NCBI GenBank assembly: GCA_037143195.1
Contig: JBAWZD010000001.1
Span: 80,892-144,891 of the forward strand
Source of the DNA: a bacterium
GTDB taxonomy: Bacteria; Patescibacteriota; Minisyncoccia; Phycocordibacterales; UBA9973
Reading direction: 5' to 3'
Length of the DNA stretch: 64,000 nucleotides
A program made the translations under genes and the position numbers. Of this stretch, positions 1 through 8,569 are shown piece by piece; position 1 is the first letter of the stretch; each line of letters opens with the position of its first letter. A model generated the notes under the pieces. It did not search any database, was not told where the DNA came from, and saw only the letters and a list, made by a program, of their open reading frames with translations.

Positions 1-1135
1 CGATCGTTTTGTCGCCATCTCAAACGATCAGGCTCGAGTCACTGCTACGTCGTGGAATCTTGGTTGGATTGTTGAGGCCATTCAATCCGCATTCATCATG
101 ACGATTGAATTTCTCGTCTTTTATTTTGGAATCACATTGTGGCGTGACGGACATATGTCGATTGGTACATTCGTACTCATTCAAGTGTATGTGATTTCGC
201 TGTCTGGATCGCTCTGGAACTTCGGCAAAGTCATTCGTGGATTTTATGAAGCGTTCGCCGATGGAGTGGAGCTCGTGCAGATTCTAAAAACTCCACACGA
301 TATCAGCGATGCACCACAGGCAGGGACGCTCACCATAGAGAATGGCTCGGTTGAATTTCGGGATGTGTGTTTTGAATATGGCAATGGGCGCATGGTGCTC
401 GATCATTTGAATATTCGGGTGAAGGCAGGAGAGCGCGTAGCGCTCGTGGGCGCGAGTGGTGCAGGCAAGACCACCGTCATGTCACTCTTGCTCCGATTTC
501 ACGATGTCACAAGCGGAGCTGTCCTCGTCGACGGTGTCGATATTCGCACTGTCACGCAATCAAGTCTGCACCACGCCATTGCCATGGTACCGCAAGATAC
601 TGTGCTCTTTCATCGAACACTGCGCGAAAATATTCGCTACGGCAGAATCGGTGCGACCGATGAAGAAGTAGAACACGCAGCGGGGCTTGCGCACTGTGAT
701 GAATTTATCGGCCGGCTTCCGCTTGGATATGATACCTACGTCGGTGAGCGTGGTGTGAAGCTCTCTGGTGGTGAACGCCAGCGCGTCGCTATCGCTCGCG
801 CAATTTTGAAACGCGCGCCACTGCTCGTTCTCGACGAAGCCACAAGCTCGCTTGATTCCGAATCTGAAGCGCTCATTCAAGACGCGCTCGCCACTGTCAT
901 GGAAGGACGCACGACGATCGTCATCGCGCACCGTCTCTCAACGATTCGCAAAATGGATCGCATCATTGTGCTCGATGGAGGACGCGTCGCCGAAGAGGGA
1001 ACACACGACGCGTTGATCCGAAACCCACACAGTCAGTACAAAAAACTCTGGGACCTTCAAGCCGGTGGATTTATTGGTGGCACTGCAGTCAAAGACGAAC
1101 AATCCGAAGATCTCGAAACTATTGAGGTGGAATAA
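1..1135 (+). CDS. ABC transporter ATP-binding/permease protein, C-terminal portion (MsbA-like lipid/multidrug exporter); 5' end lies outside the window
   Basis: The reading frame is open from base 2. Walker A GASGAGKTT, ABC signature LSGGERQR, Walker B LLVLDEATS and H-loop IAHRLST are all present, preceded by the end of a transmembrane domain. Confidence 0.85.
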   Translation, partial: DRFVAISNDQARVTATSWNLGWIVEAIQSAFIMTIEFLVFYFGITLWRDGHMSIGTFVLIQVYVISLSGSLWNFGKVIRGFYEAFADGVELVQILKTPHDISDAPQAGTLTIENGSVEFRDVCFEYGNGRMVLDHLNIRVKAGERVALVGASGAGKTTVMSLLLRFHDVTSGAVLVDGVDIRTVTQSSLHHAIAMVPQDTVLFHRTLRENIRYGRIGATDEEVEHAAGLAHCDEFIGRLPLGYDTYVGERGVKLSGGERQRVAIARAILKRAPLLVLDEATSSLDSESEALIQDALATVMEGRTTIVIAHRLSTIRKMDRIIVLDGGRVAEEGTHDALIRNPHSQYKKLWDLQAGGFIGGTAVKDEQSEDLETIEVE

Positions 1136-1179
1136 AAAAGAACCCCACACATTGTGCAGGGCTCTAGTTTTTTTGAGCG

Positions 1180-1632
1180 TTACAGCTTACGTAACAGTAA
1201 ATCCAATCCGTGTTTAAAGAGCGCAATCGAGGTTGTGTCATGGGCTGTTAGATCGATGTGCTCTTTGTGAATATCACAAATTATCGTTCCAAATTTATTT
1301 TTTCCAATAGCTCTCGTAACCGTAAAAAGGATTATAGTATCGCTCGTTTTGTGAGTGATGGATACAAAACCGTAACTTATATCCTTTTCTTCAAAGGTAT
1401 ATGAGCCCAGTATCGTTGAATCGAATTTGGTTTTTGAATTCGAAATCAGAAAATTAGTGGCACCTTCGAAGTAGGGCATAGGATACACAAGAACGTCAGG
1501 TATCTGAGGCTTTCCTGTGTCAATTTTTGTTGCCGTACTTTGTACTATTGGCTTTTTGCTTTCATAGCCAATTATCCCGAGAGCTATCGTTATAGCTGCA
1601 ATCGTGATCATAACAGTCGTGTATTTTTTCAT
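1180..1632 (-). CDS. hypothetical membrane-anchored or secreted protein
   Basis: 150-aa ORF with an N-terminal hydrophobic segment (MKKYTTVMITIAAITIALGIIGY). It is convergent with the ABC gene. No recognisable domain. Confidence 0.4.
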   Translation of the reverse strand: MKKYTTVMITIAAITIALGIIGYESKKPIVQSTATKIDTGKPQIPDVLVYPMPYFEGATNFLISNSKTKFDSTILGSYTFEEKDISYGFVSITHKTSDTIILFTVTRAIGKNKFGTIICDIHKEHIDLTAHDTTSIALFKHGLDLLLRKL

Positions 1633-1795
1633 GTTTTTTGTTTTTTAAAGTGCAAGGCACTTTTTTGTGTGAGAAAAATTTGAACTTATTATACATATTT
1701 AGTTATAAAAGTCAAGCATTTCACGACCCCATATTCCACTGTGAAAAAAACCGATTTTCGTATATACTAGCAGGCATTACTAACTCACATTTTAT

Positions 1796-3019
1796 ATGAC
1801 TAATCCATTCGAAAACGCATTGATGCAGTTGAAGCGTGCCACAGACGTACAGGCCTTCCCAGAGGGCTTTATGAAGCAGATTTCGGTTCCAAACCGTGAG
1901 GTCCGTATCTCTATCCCAGTTGTGATGGACGATGGCAGTACACAGGTCTTTGAAGGCTACCGTGTTGAGCACAACAATGCTCGCGGACCATACAAAGGCG
2001 GAATTCGTTACCACCATGACACTGATATTTATGAAGTGAAAGCGCTCGCTTTCTGGATGGCACTCAAGTGTGCTGTCGCAAATATCCCGATGGGTGGAGG
2101 AAAAGGTGGAATTACAGTTGACCCAAAGAAACTTTCAAAGACCGAACTTGAGAAACTCTCACGCGGATGGGCACGCGGAATGGCAGACATTCTTGGACCA
2201 AAGAAAGATGTTCCAGCTCCAGACGTCAACACAACTCCAGAAATCATGTCATGGATGAACGATGAGTTCATGAAAATCTCAGGTGACACAACAGGTGCAA
2301 CGTTTACCGGTAAGCCACTCGACAAGGGCGGTTCAGAAGGTCGCGGTGCAGCTACTGGTCTCGGTGGATGGTACGTCTTTAGTGCACTCCGTGAGAAATA
2401 CAATGTTCAGCCAGGATCTACTGTTGTCATTCAGGGATTTGGAAACGTTGGAGGTCATGCAGCAAGTATCTTTTCTTCGAATGGATACAAAGTCATTGCA
2501 ACATCTGACTCAAAGGGTGGTATCGTCAAAGAAGACGGTATTGATGTCAAAGCGCTCGAAGATTGGAAGAAGCAGAATGGAACACTCGCAGGATTCCCTG
2601 GATCACGCGTTGTTACCAATGCAGAACTCCTCGAACTCCCATGTGATATTTTGATTCCAAGTGCGCTTGAAAATCAGATTACATTTGATAATGCAGTAAA
2701 GATCAAAGCAAAGTTTATTCTTGAACTTGCAAACGGACCAATCACTCCAGAAGCTGATGAAATCCTCTTTGATCGTGGCATTCCCGTTATTCCAGACATT
2801 CTTGCAAACTCAGGTGGTGTGACTGTTTCAACATTCGAATGGGAACAGAACATCAAGGGTGAGCATTGGACAGAAGCTGATGTGAACGCAAAATTGCTTG
2901 AAATTCTCAATCGTGAATCACTCGTGATTTATGAGAAGTCGCTTTCAGCGAAAACTGATATGCGTCGTGCAGCCTTCATTGTTGCGCTTGAGCGCATCGC
3001 GAAGGAGATGGGGTACTAA
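1796..3019 (+). CDS. gdhA: NAD(P)-dependent glutamate dehydrogenase
   Basis: Glu/Leu/Phe/Val dehydrogenase signature around KCAVANIPMGGGKGG, a Rossmann motif GFGNVGG, and a length of 407 aa. Confidence 0.9.
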   Translation: MTNPFENALMQLKRATDVQAFPEGFMKQISVPNREVRISIPVVMDDGSTQVFEGYRVEHNNARGPYKGGIRYHHDTDIYEVKALAFWMALKCAVANIPMGGGKGGITVDPKKLSKTELEKLSRGWARGMADILGPKKDVPAPDVNTTPEIMSWMNDEFMKISGDTTGATFTGKPLDKGGSEGRGAATGLGGWYVFSALREKYNVQPGSTVVIQGFGNVGGHAASIFSSNGYKVIATSDSKGGIVKEDGIDVKALEDWKKQNGTLAGFPGSRVVTNAELLELPCDILIPSALENQITFDNAVKIKAKFILELANGPITPEADEILFDRGIPVIPDILANSGGVTVSTFEWEQNIKGEHWTEADVNAKLLEILNRESLVIYEKSLSAKTDMRRAAFIVALERIAKEMGY

Positions 3020-3033
3020 TACGAATACTGAAA

Positions 3034-3073
3034 GAAAATGCGCGGTCGCCCGAAGGGCGACCGCGCATTTTTG
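3034..3073. terminator. intrinsic terminator downstream of gdhA (13-bp GC-rich stem, loop CGAAG, T-tract)
   Basis: Perfect inverted repeat atgcgcggtcgcc / ggcgaccgcgcat at 3038-3050 and 3056-3068, followed by ttttt and preceded by aaaa. Confidence 0.6.
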
Positions 3074-3127
3074 TACCCCGACAATATCCTTTCCCGATCT
3101 CAAACCAAGGCGTATACTATATCTACT

Positions 3128-3547
3128 ATGGAAAACCTACCAAAAGCATCCAAATGGCAGATTATCAATCGTCATTATTATGGCAATGTCGTCCGCGGTA
3201 TTTTCGTGATTGTGGGGCTTATGATGCTCGCCACATTCCCATTTTTTAGCGATCTCGTTCCTGTTCCACTTTGGCTCTCGATTGGCATCATTGCGATGCT
3301 CGCAGTGTTTGGCGGATTACTCAATCCCGCACAGCGCTGGCTTCTCGTTGTAAACACTATTTTACCTATCGTAGGTTTGATCGTGTTTCAGTATGAAGCA
3401 GCCTTTGCATATACACACATTCCTGTCACCGAAACACGTCGCGTCGCGTTTTTCTGGGCAAATGAAATCGTCTCACTTCTTTTCTTTGTTGCCACATACC
3501 TTGCAGTCAAAACTGCCCGTGGACGTTTTGTCGAGGAGGTAGAATAG
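3128..3547 (+). CDS. hypothetical integral membrane protein
   Basis: ORF with at least three hydrophobic helices. The ATG at 3128 (MENLPKASKWQ...) is the first start after the terminator hairpin; the six-frame track start at 3038 lies inside the hairpin. Confidence 0.45.
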   Translation: MENLPKASKWQIINRHYYGNVVRGIFVIVGLMMLATFPFFSDLVPVPLWLSIGIIAMLAVFGGLLNPAQRWLLVVNTILPIVGLIVFQYEAAFAYTHIPVTETRRVAFFWANEIVSLLFFVATYLAVKTARGRFVEEVE

Positions 3548-3573
3548 TCCGACGTATGGTATTCTGTTAAGGT

Positions 3574-5073
3574 ATGGCACGAGCCAATAAGATTCAGATA
3601 ATCAAATACGCTCCGCCACCACTCGAGCTTCCAGTCTATGGCAAGGTTGATCCGGCGGAGGTATCTTTTATTGGTCGCACCAACTACGTCGCGGCCCTTG
3701 AAGAAAAGAAATTCCTTTTCGGTATCAAACGAGCCGATCGTCGTCGTCATCTCTATATCATCGGAAAGTCAGGTGTTGGAAAATCTAAGCTCCAAGAGCT
3801 TTTTGTGCGTCAGGACATCGCATATGGTCACGGTGTCTGTGTGATTGATCCGCACGGAGAATTCATCGACGACATTCTTGTTTCGATTCCAGAAAACCGT
3901 GTTGAGGACGTCTGTATCATTGACCCATCAGATGTTGATTTTCCTGCGTCATTCAATCCGCTCCAAAACGTTGATCCAACTTTCAAACATCAACTCACAC
4001 AAGGATTGATTGAAGTGCTCGAAAAGCAATTCGGAGCAAACTGGACACCACGTCTTGAGCATGTCTTCCGCTTCACGACACTCGCGCTCCTCGACTATCC
4101 GCACGCAACAATGCGCGGAATGATTTCAATGCTCACCGACCGTAACTACCGTCAAAAAGTGGTTGAATATATCGAAGACGACATGGTCAAGCGCTTCTGG
4201 GCAATCGAATTCGCCGATTGGTCTGAGAAATTCGACACTGACGCTATCATCCCGCTCGTCAACAAACTCGGACAATTTTTGTCTGATCCGATGCTCCGCA
4301 ATATCTTCGGACAAAAAACAAACAAGATCAATTTGGAAGAAATGATGAACACGCAAAAGATTTTGCTCATCAACCTTTCAAAAGGAAAAATTGGTGAAGA
4401 AAACTCATCATTCTTTGGAGCAATGTTTTTGACCAAGATCAAACAAGCCGGAATGGCGCGTGCGAAGATTGACGCGAAAGATCGTAAAGACTTTTATCTC
4501 TACGTGGACGAGTTCCAAAACGTTGTGACGGATACGTTTGAAAACTTGCTTTCTGAGGCCCGTAAATATGCGATCAATCTCACGATGGCACATCAATACG
4601 TCGGACAAATCCCCGAGAAGGTTGAAGCTGCCGTACTCGGAAACGTCGGATCGATTATTTCATTCCGTGTGGGTGGTGACGATGCAGTGAAGCTCAAACC
4701 TGAGTTCGCGCCTATCTTCGATGTCAAAGACATGATCAACCTTGGAGTCGGGGAGTTCTATATCAAAATGACAATCGATGGTGAATCATACGACCCATTT
4801 TCTGCCGAGACACTCAAGGTCCTTCCGCCACCATATCCATCAAACAAAGAACGTATTATCGCATCATCACGACGCAAATTCGCGATTACGGCAGAAGATG
4901 CCAAGCGTTTGATTGCGGAAGAAGAATCCACTATCATTCGTAGCGCACAAGAAAAGGCTGCTATTATGCGAAAGGGTGTGAACGAGGGCGGAAGTGCGGG
5001 AGTGGGCGCGAGCGGAGCGAGCGCCCCACAAGCTCCTGCAAAAGTGGAAGAAATCGCCGAACCATTAATCTAA
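3574..5073 (+). CDS. soluble P-loop NTPase of the FtsK/HerA/TraG(VirD4) superfamily (ATPase-1 of the locus)
   Basis: Walker A IIGKSGVGKS, a DPHGE box (VCVIDPHGEF), Walker B FYLYVDEFQN, and an arginine-finger-like EARKYAINLTMAHQY. No N-terminal transmembrane segments. It is a paralog of 8570..10999. Confidence 0.7.
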   Translation: MARANKIQIIKYAPPPLELPVYGKVDPAEVSFIGRTNYVAALEEKKFLFGIKRADRRRHLYIIGKSGVGKSKLQELFVRQDIAYGHGVCVIDPHGEFIDDILVSIPENRVEDVCIIDPSDVDFPASFNPLQNVDPTFKHQLTQGLIEVLEKQFGANWTPRLEHVFRFTTLALLDYPHATMRGMISMLTDRNYRQKVVEYIEDDMVKRFWAIEFADWSEKFDTDAIIPLVNKLGQFLSDPMLRNIFGQKTNKINLEEMMNTQKILLINLSKGKIGEENSSFFGAMFLTKIKQAGMARAKIDAKDRKDFYLYVDEFQNVVTDTFENLLSEARKYAINLTMAHQYVGQIPEKVEAAVLGNVGSIISFRVGGDDAVKLKPEFAPIFDVKDMINLGVGEFYIKMTIDGESYDPFSAETLKVLPPPYPSNKERIIASSRRKFAITAEDAKRLIAEEESTIIRSAQEKAAIMRKGVNEGGSAGVGASGASAPQAPAKVEEIAEPLI

Positions 5074-5086
5074 CTAATTCAATCGA

Positions 5087-6742
5087 ATGGATACACAAGA
5101 GAAGACATGCGAGTATTGTGGTAATAATTTCAAGCTAAGTAGTGACGAACTCGTAATGTATGGGAAAGTTCAAGTCGAATTTCCAACTATTTGTATTACC
5201 TGTCGCTGGGCACAGCAATTCGCATTTTGGCCATTCGGTAAATTTCGAAAAGGAGTATCCGCTTTGTCGGGACAAAGTTTGATTACGATGCTCCCTGCGA
5301 GTGTTCGATATCCAATTTACACTGCCAAAGAATGGTGGAGCGACGCATGGGATCCAATGGAGTTTGGCCAAGACTATGATTCAACACGATCCTTTTTCGA
5401 TCAACTGAAAGAAGTACAGGAAAAAGTTCCGCGTCCACATCAGCAGGGGACGAATAGTACAGGATGTGATTGGTGTGACGATATTTGGGACTCCAAAAAT
5501 TGTTATCTCTCGCGTTCATGTGCGCGAGCCGAAAATGTCTCATATGGATATCGCGGTTTCGACGTAAAAGATTCTATCGATATTTCGCATGCATTTTCGC
5601 TCGATAATTGTTACGAATGTACATACTCGTTCAATTGCTTTGAGCTTTATTTTTCTCGCAATTGCCGCGATTGTATGAACAGTCGATTTTTGTACGATTG
5701 CCGCAATTGTAGTAATTGTACGATGTGTTGGAATCTTCGTGGCAAACAATATTGTATCGAGAATGTGCAGTACTCAAAAGAAGAGTACTTTGAAAAAGTG
5801 AAGGAATATGACATGAGCTCGTATCAGAATTTACAGCACCTCCAAAAGCGATATACTGATATCCTAAAAACTGAGACTATCCATCGCGAGAATTTTAATA
5901 TCAATACATATACTTCGACGGGCACGTATCTCGCGGACTGTAACAATTGTAAAAATGTATTTGGTTGGGAAGAATCTGAAAACTGTATCAACTGTTTGCG
6001 TGGTCGCGAAGCGAAAGATAGTATCGATTTGCTTGGCACATGGAAAGTAGAATTGTGCGGAAACGATAGTTGTTGCACGGGCGGATACGAACTCCGCTAT
6101 TCGTCATGGTCAGAGGGAAGATATTCTGAATATTTGGATGAATGTATTGAAGTGGAAAATTGTTTTGGGTGTGTTGGTCTTCGCAAGAAAAATTATTGTA
6201 TTCTCAATCGTCAATATACAAAAGAAGAGTACGAAGCGCTAAAGGAGAAAATCATTGCAGATATGCGCGCACGAGGAGAATATGGGCGCTTCTTGCCATA
6301 CTCGATGGGGCTTTGTTCGTACAATCTCACGACTGCTGCGATTTATATGCCCGAAATTTCAAAGGACTATGTACTTGCTCGTGGAGGGTATTGGGATGAT
6401 CAATCAGAAGATGCCGTAGAAGGACTCGCGACGAGCGAACTTCCAGACTCAATCAGAGAAGTCGATGCAACAATATCAAAACAACCGCTTGTGTGTCCGG
6501 TGACCGGATGGCGCTACAATATTTCTGCTGACGAGTTTCAGTTTTTGTCACGAAAAGGAATCGCACTTCCACGAGTCCATTTCGATGTTCGAACCAAGAA
6601 CCGTATGCGAGCGCTTGCGACTCTCCACGGAGAACACTACTCATGTGTTTTTTGTGCCAAAGATTGCATCGGATATTATCCAAAAGATTGGGGCTACACT
6701 CACATCGCATGTGAGGAATGTTACAAGCAAAATATCAATTAG
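5087..6742 (+). CDS. cysteine-rich protein with terminal zinc ribbons and a duplicated internal Cys-repeat module (unknown family)
   Basis: 551 aa with about 50 Cys. N-terminal CEYCG...CITCR and C-terminal CVFCAKDC...CEECY zinc ribbons. Motif WWSDAWDP. Internally repeated NCFGCVGLRKKNYCILNRQYTKEEYE-type units. Starts 14 nt after ATPase-1. Confidence 0.6.
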   Translation: MDTQEKTCEYCGNNFKLSSDELVMYGKVQVEFPTICITCRWAQQFAFWPFGKFRKGVSALSGQSLITMLPASVRYPIYTAKEWWSDAWDPMEFGQDYDSTRSFFDQLKEVQEKVPRPHQQGTNSTGCDWCDDIWDSKNCYLSRSCARAENVSYGYRGFDVKDSIDISHAFSLDNCYECTYSFNCFELYFSRNCRDCMNSRFLYDCRNCSNCTMCWNLRGKQYCIENVQYSKEEYFEKVKEYDMSSYQNLQHLQKRYTDILKTETIHRENFNINTYTSTGTYLADCNNCKNVFGWEESENCINCLRGREAKDSIDLLGTWKVELCGNDSCCTGGYELRYSSWSEGRYSEYLDECIEVENCFGCVGLRKKNYCILNRQYTKEEYEALKEKIIADMRARGEYGRFLPYSMGLCSYNLTTAAIYMPEISKDYVLARGGYWDDQSEDAVEGLATSELPDSIREVDATISKQPLVCPVTGWRYNISADEFQFLSRKGIALPRVHFDVRTKNRMRALATLHGEHYSCVFCAKDCIGYYPKDWGYTHIACEECYKQNIN

Positions 6743-6748
6743 TTCTGT

Positions 6749-8491
6749 ATGGAATCTCGCAATTGCCAAAACTGCAAAACTGATTTCGAGATTGAGCCAG
6801 AAGATTTTTTGTTCTACGAAAAAATCCAAGCCCCACCACCGACGTTTTGTCCCGAGTGTCGCACGGCACGACGTCTTTCGTGGCGCAACGAGATGTCGCT
6901 TTATAAGCGTACATGTGACGCTCCTTCACACGGAGAGCCACTCATTACGATCTATCATCCTGACACAAAATTGCACGTGGTTGATTCAAAATATTGGTGG
7001 AGTGACGCATGGGATCCATTTGATTACGGGGTAGAATACGATTTTTCGAAACCATTTTTTCAGCAATGGATTGAGCTCTATCGACGTATCCCCGTACAAG
7101 GACTTTCCAATTCAAATGCAACGAATAGCGATTATTGTAATATCGCAGAGGAGAGTCGTGATTCATACATGATATCAGCTACATGGAAAGTTGAGCGTAG
7201 TTTTTATTCCAACCGCATCATGGAAGTGAAGGATTCATCTGATTTGTATGTCGTGCATGATTCCGAACTCTGTTACGAAGATATCATTTCTTCTGATTGC
7301 TATCATGTTCTGTATTCTGCGAACTGCAAAAGCTGTGTCGATTCGTATTTCCTTTATGATTGTCATGGATGCACCAACTGTTTTGGATGTACCAATTTGC
7401 GAAACCAATCATACTGTATGTGGAATGAACAATTGGGTAAGGAGGAATACATGCGTAGGATGTCTGAACTCGATATGAGTAGTTATACAGTCGTTGCAGA
7501 CTGCAAGCAACGATTTTCTGAGATGTGCATGCAAGCGATTCATCGTTTCGCAAACCAAATTAAAATTGTAAATTCTACCGGCGACAATCTTGAGGGAGTG
7601 AAAAATACTCGGATGTGTTTTGATGCGAGCGGACAGATTGAAGACTCGAAATTCGTTCACTGGGCAAAGGTGAGTGCAAAGGATGTGTATGATTCTGGTC
7701 CTGGAGTTGGTATGGGTGAAATGATGTACGAGGTTTTTGATACCGGTATTGGGAATTTTCGAAACCTTTTTACGAGTGTTGTGTATAGTTCAAACGAGAT
7801 TGAGTATTCATTCAACTGTCACGGTTCTTCGAATTTGTTCGGCTGTATTGGTATTCGAGGAAAAAATTACTGTATTTTAAATCGACCGTATGAGAAAGAG
7901 GAGTACGAATCGCTTGTACCCAAAATCAAAGAGCATATGATGACGATGCCATATATCGACGCGAAGGGTAGAACGTATCGTTATGGAGAATTTTTCCCTT
8001 CCGAACTTTCACCGTTCGCATACAACGAGACGGTTGCGCAGGATTATTTTCCACTTTCAAAGATCGATGCGGTTGAGCGAGGACATTTGTGGCGAGACAA
8101 GACACTTCAAAATTATGCAGTCACACTATTTGCGAAAGATTTACCGGACTCGCTCTCAATGGTTTCGGATACAATTACAAAAGAAATCATTGGCTGTCTT
8201 CACAACGGAGAGTGTTCGGATCGATGCGCTCGAGCATATCGCATAACAGCTGACGAGCTTAATTTGTACCGCAGAATCGGTGTTCCGCTTCCACGGCTTT
8301 GTTTTGGCTGTCGTCACGACGAGCGTCTTCGAAAGCGTAATCCAATGAAGCTTTGGTCTCGTACCTGCATGTGCACCCAGTCAAACCACGACCACACAGG
8401 CCCATGTCAGGCGACATTCGAGACTGCATATGCACCAGAGCGAAAGGAGATTGTGTACTGTGAATCGTGTTACCAAAAAGAGGTCTTGTAA
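6749..8491 (+). CDS. cysteine-rich protein, paralog of 5087..6742
   Basis: 580 aa with the same architecture. N-terminal ribbon CQNCK...CPECR, motif WWSDAWDP, units CFGCIGIRGKNYCILNRPYEKEEYE, C-terminal ribbon CFGCRHD...CESCYQ. Starts 7 nt after the preceding gene. Confidence 0.6.
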   Translation: MESRNCQNCKTDFEIEPEDFLFYEKIQAPPPTFCPECRTARRLSWRNEMSLYKRTCDAPSHGEPLITIYHPDTKLHVVDSKYWWSDAWDPFDYGVEYDFSKPFFQQWIELYRRIPVQGLSNSNATNSDYCNIAEESRDSYMISATWKVERSFYSNRIMEVKDSSDLYVVHDSELCYEDIISSDCYHVLYSANCKSCVDSYFLYDCHGCTNCFGCTNLRNQSYCMWNEQLGKEEYMRRMSELDMSSYTVVADCKQRFSEMCMQAIHRFANQIKIVNSTGDNLEGVKNTRMCFDASGQIEDSKFVHWAKVSAKDVYDSGPGVGMGEMMYEVFDTGIGNFRNLFTSVVYSSNEIEYSFNCHGSSNLFGCIGIRGKNYCILNRPYEKEEYESLVPKIKEHMMTMPYIDAKGRTYRYGEFFPSELSPFAYNETVAQDYFPLSKIDAVERGHLWRDKTLQNYAVTLFAKDLPDSLSMVSDTITKEIIGCLHNGECSDRCARAYRITADELNLYRRIGVPLPRLCFGCRHDERLRKRNPMKLWSRTCMCTQSNHDHTGPCQATFETAYAPERKEIVYCESCYQKEVL

Positions 8492-8569
8492 AATCGAGCG
8501 TAAAACAGCCAACATATAAAAGTTTTGAACTGTGGCGTAAAAGTTTTAAAGCTTGTATAATTTCAGTAT

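Noticed and set aside
8521-8530. TTGAAC as the -35 element for the ATPase-2 promoter
   Set aside because: Its spacing to the TATAAT at 8556 is about 25 nt, too long for a sigma-70-type promoter. Only the extended -10 is retained as a hypothesis.
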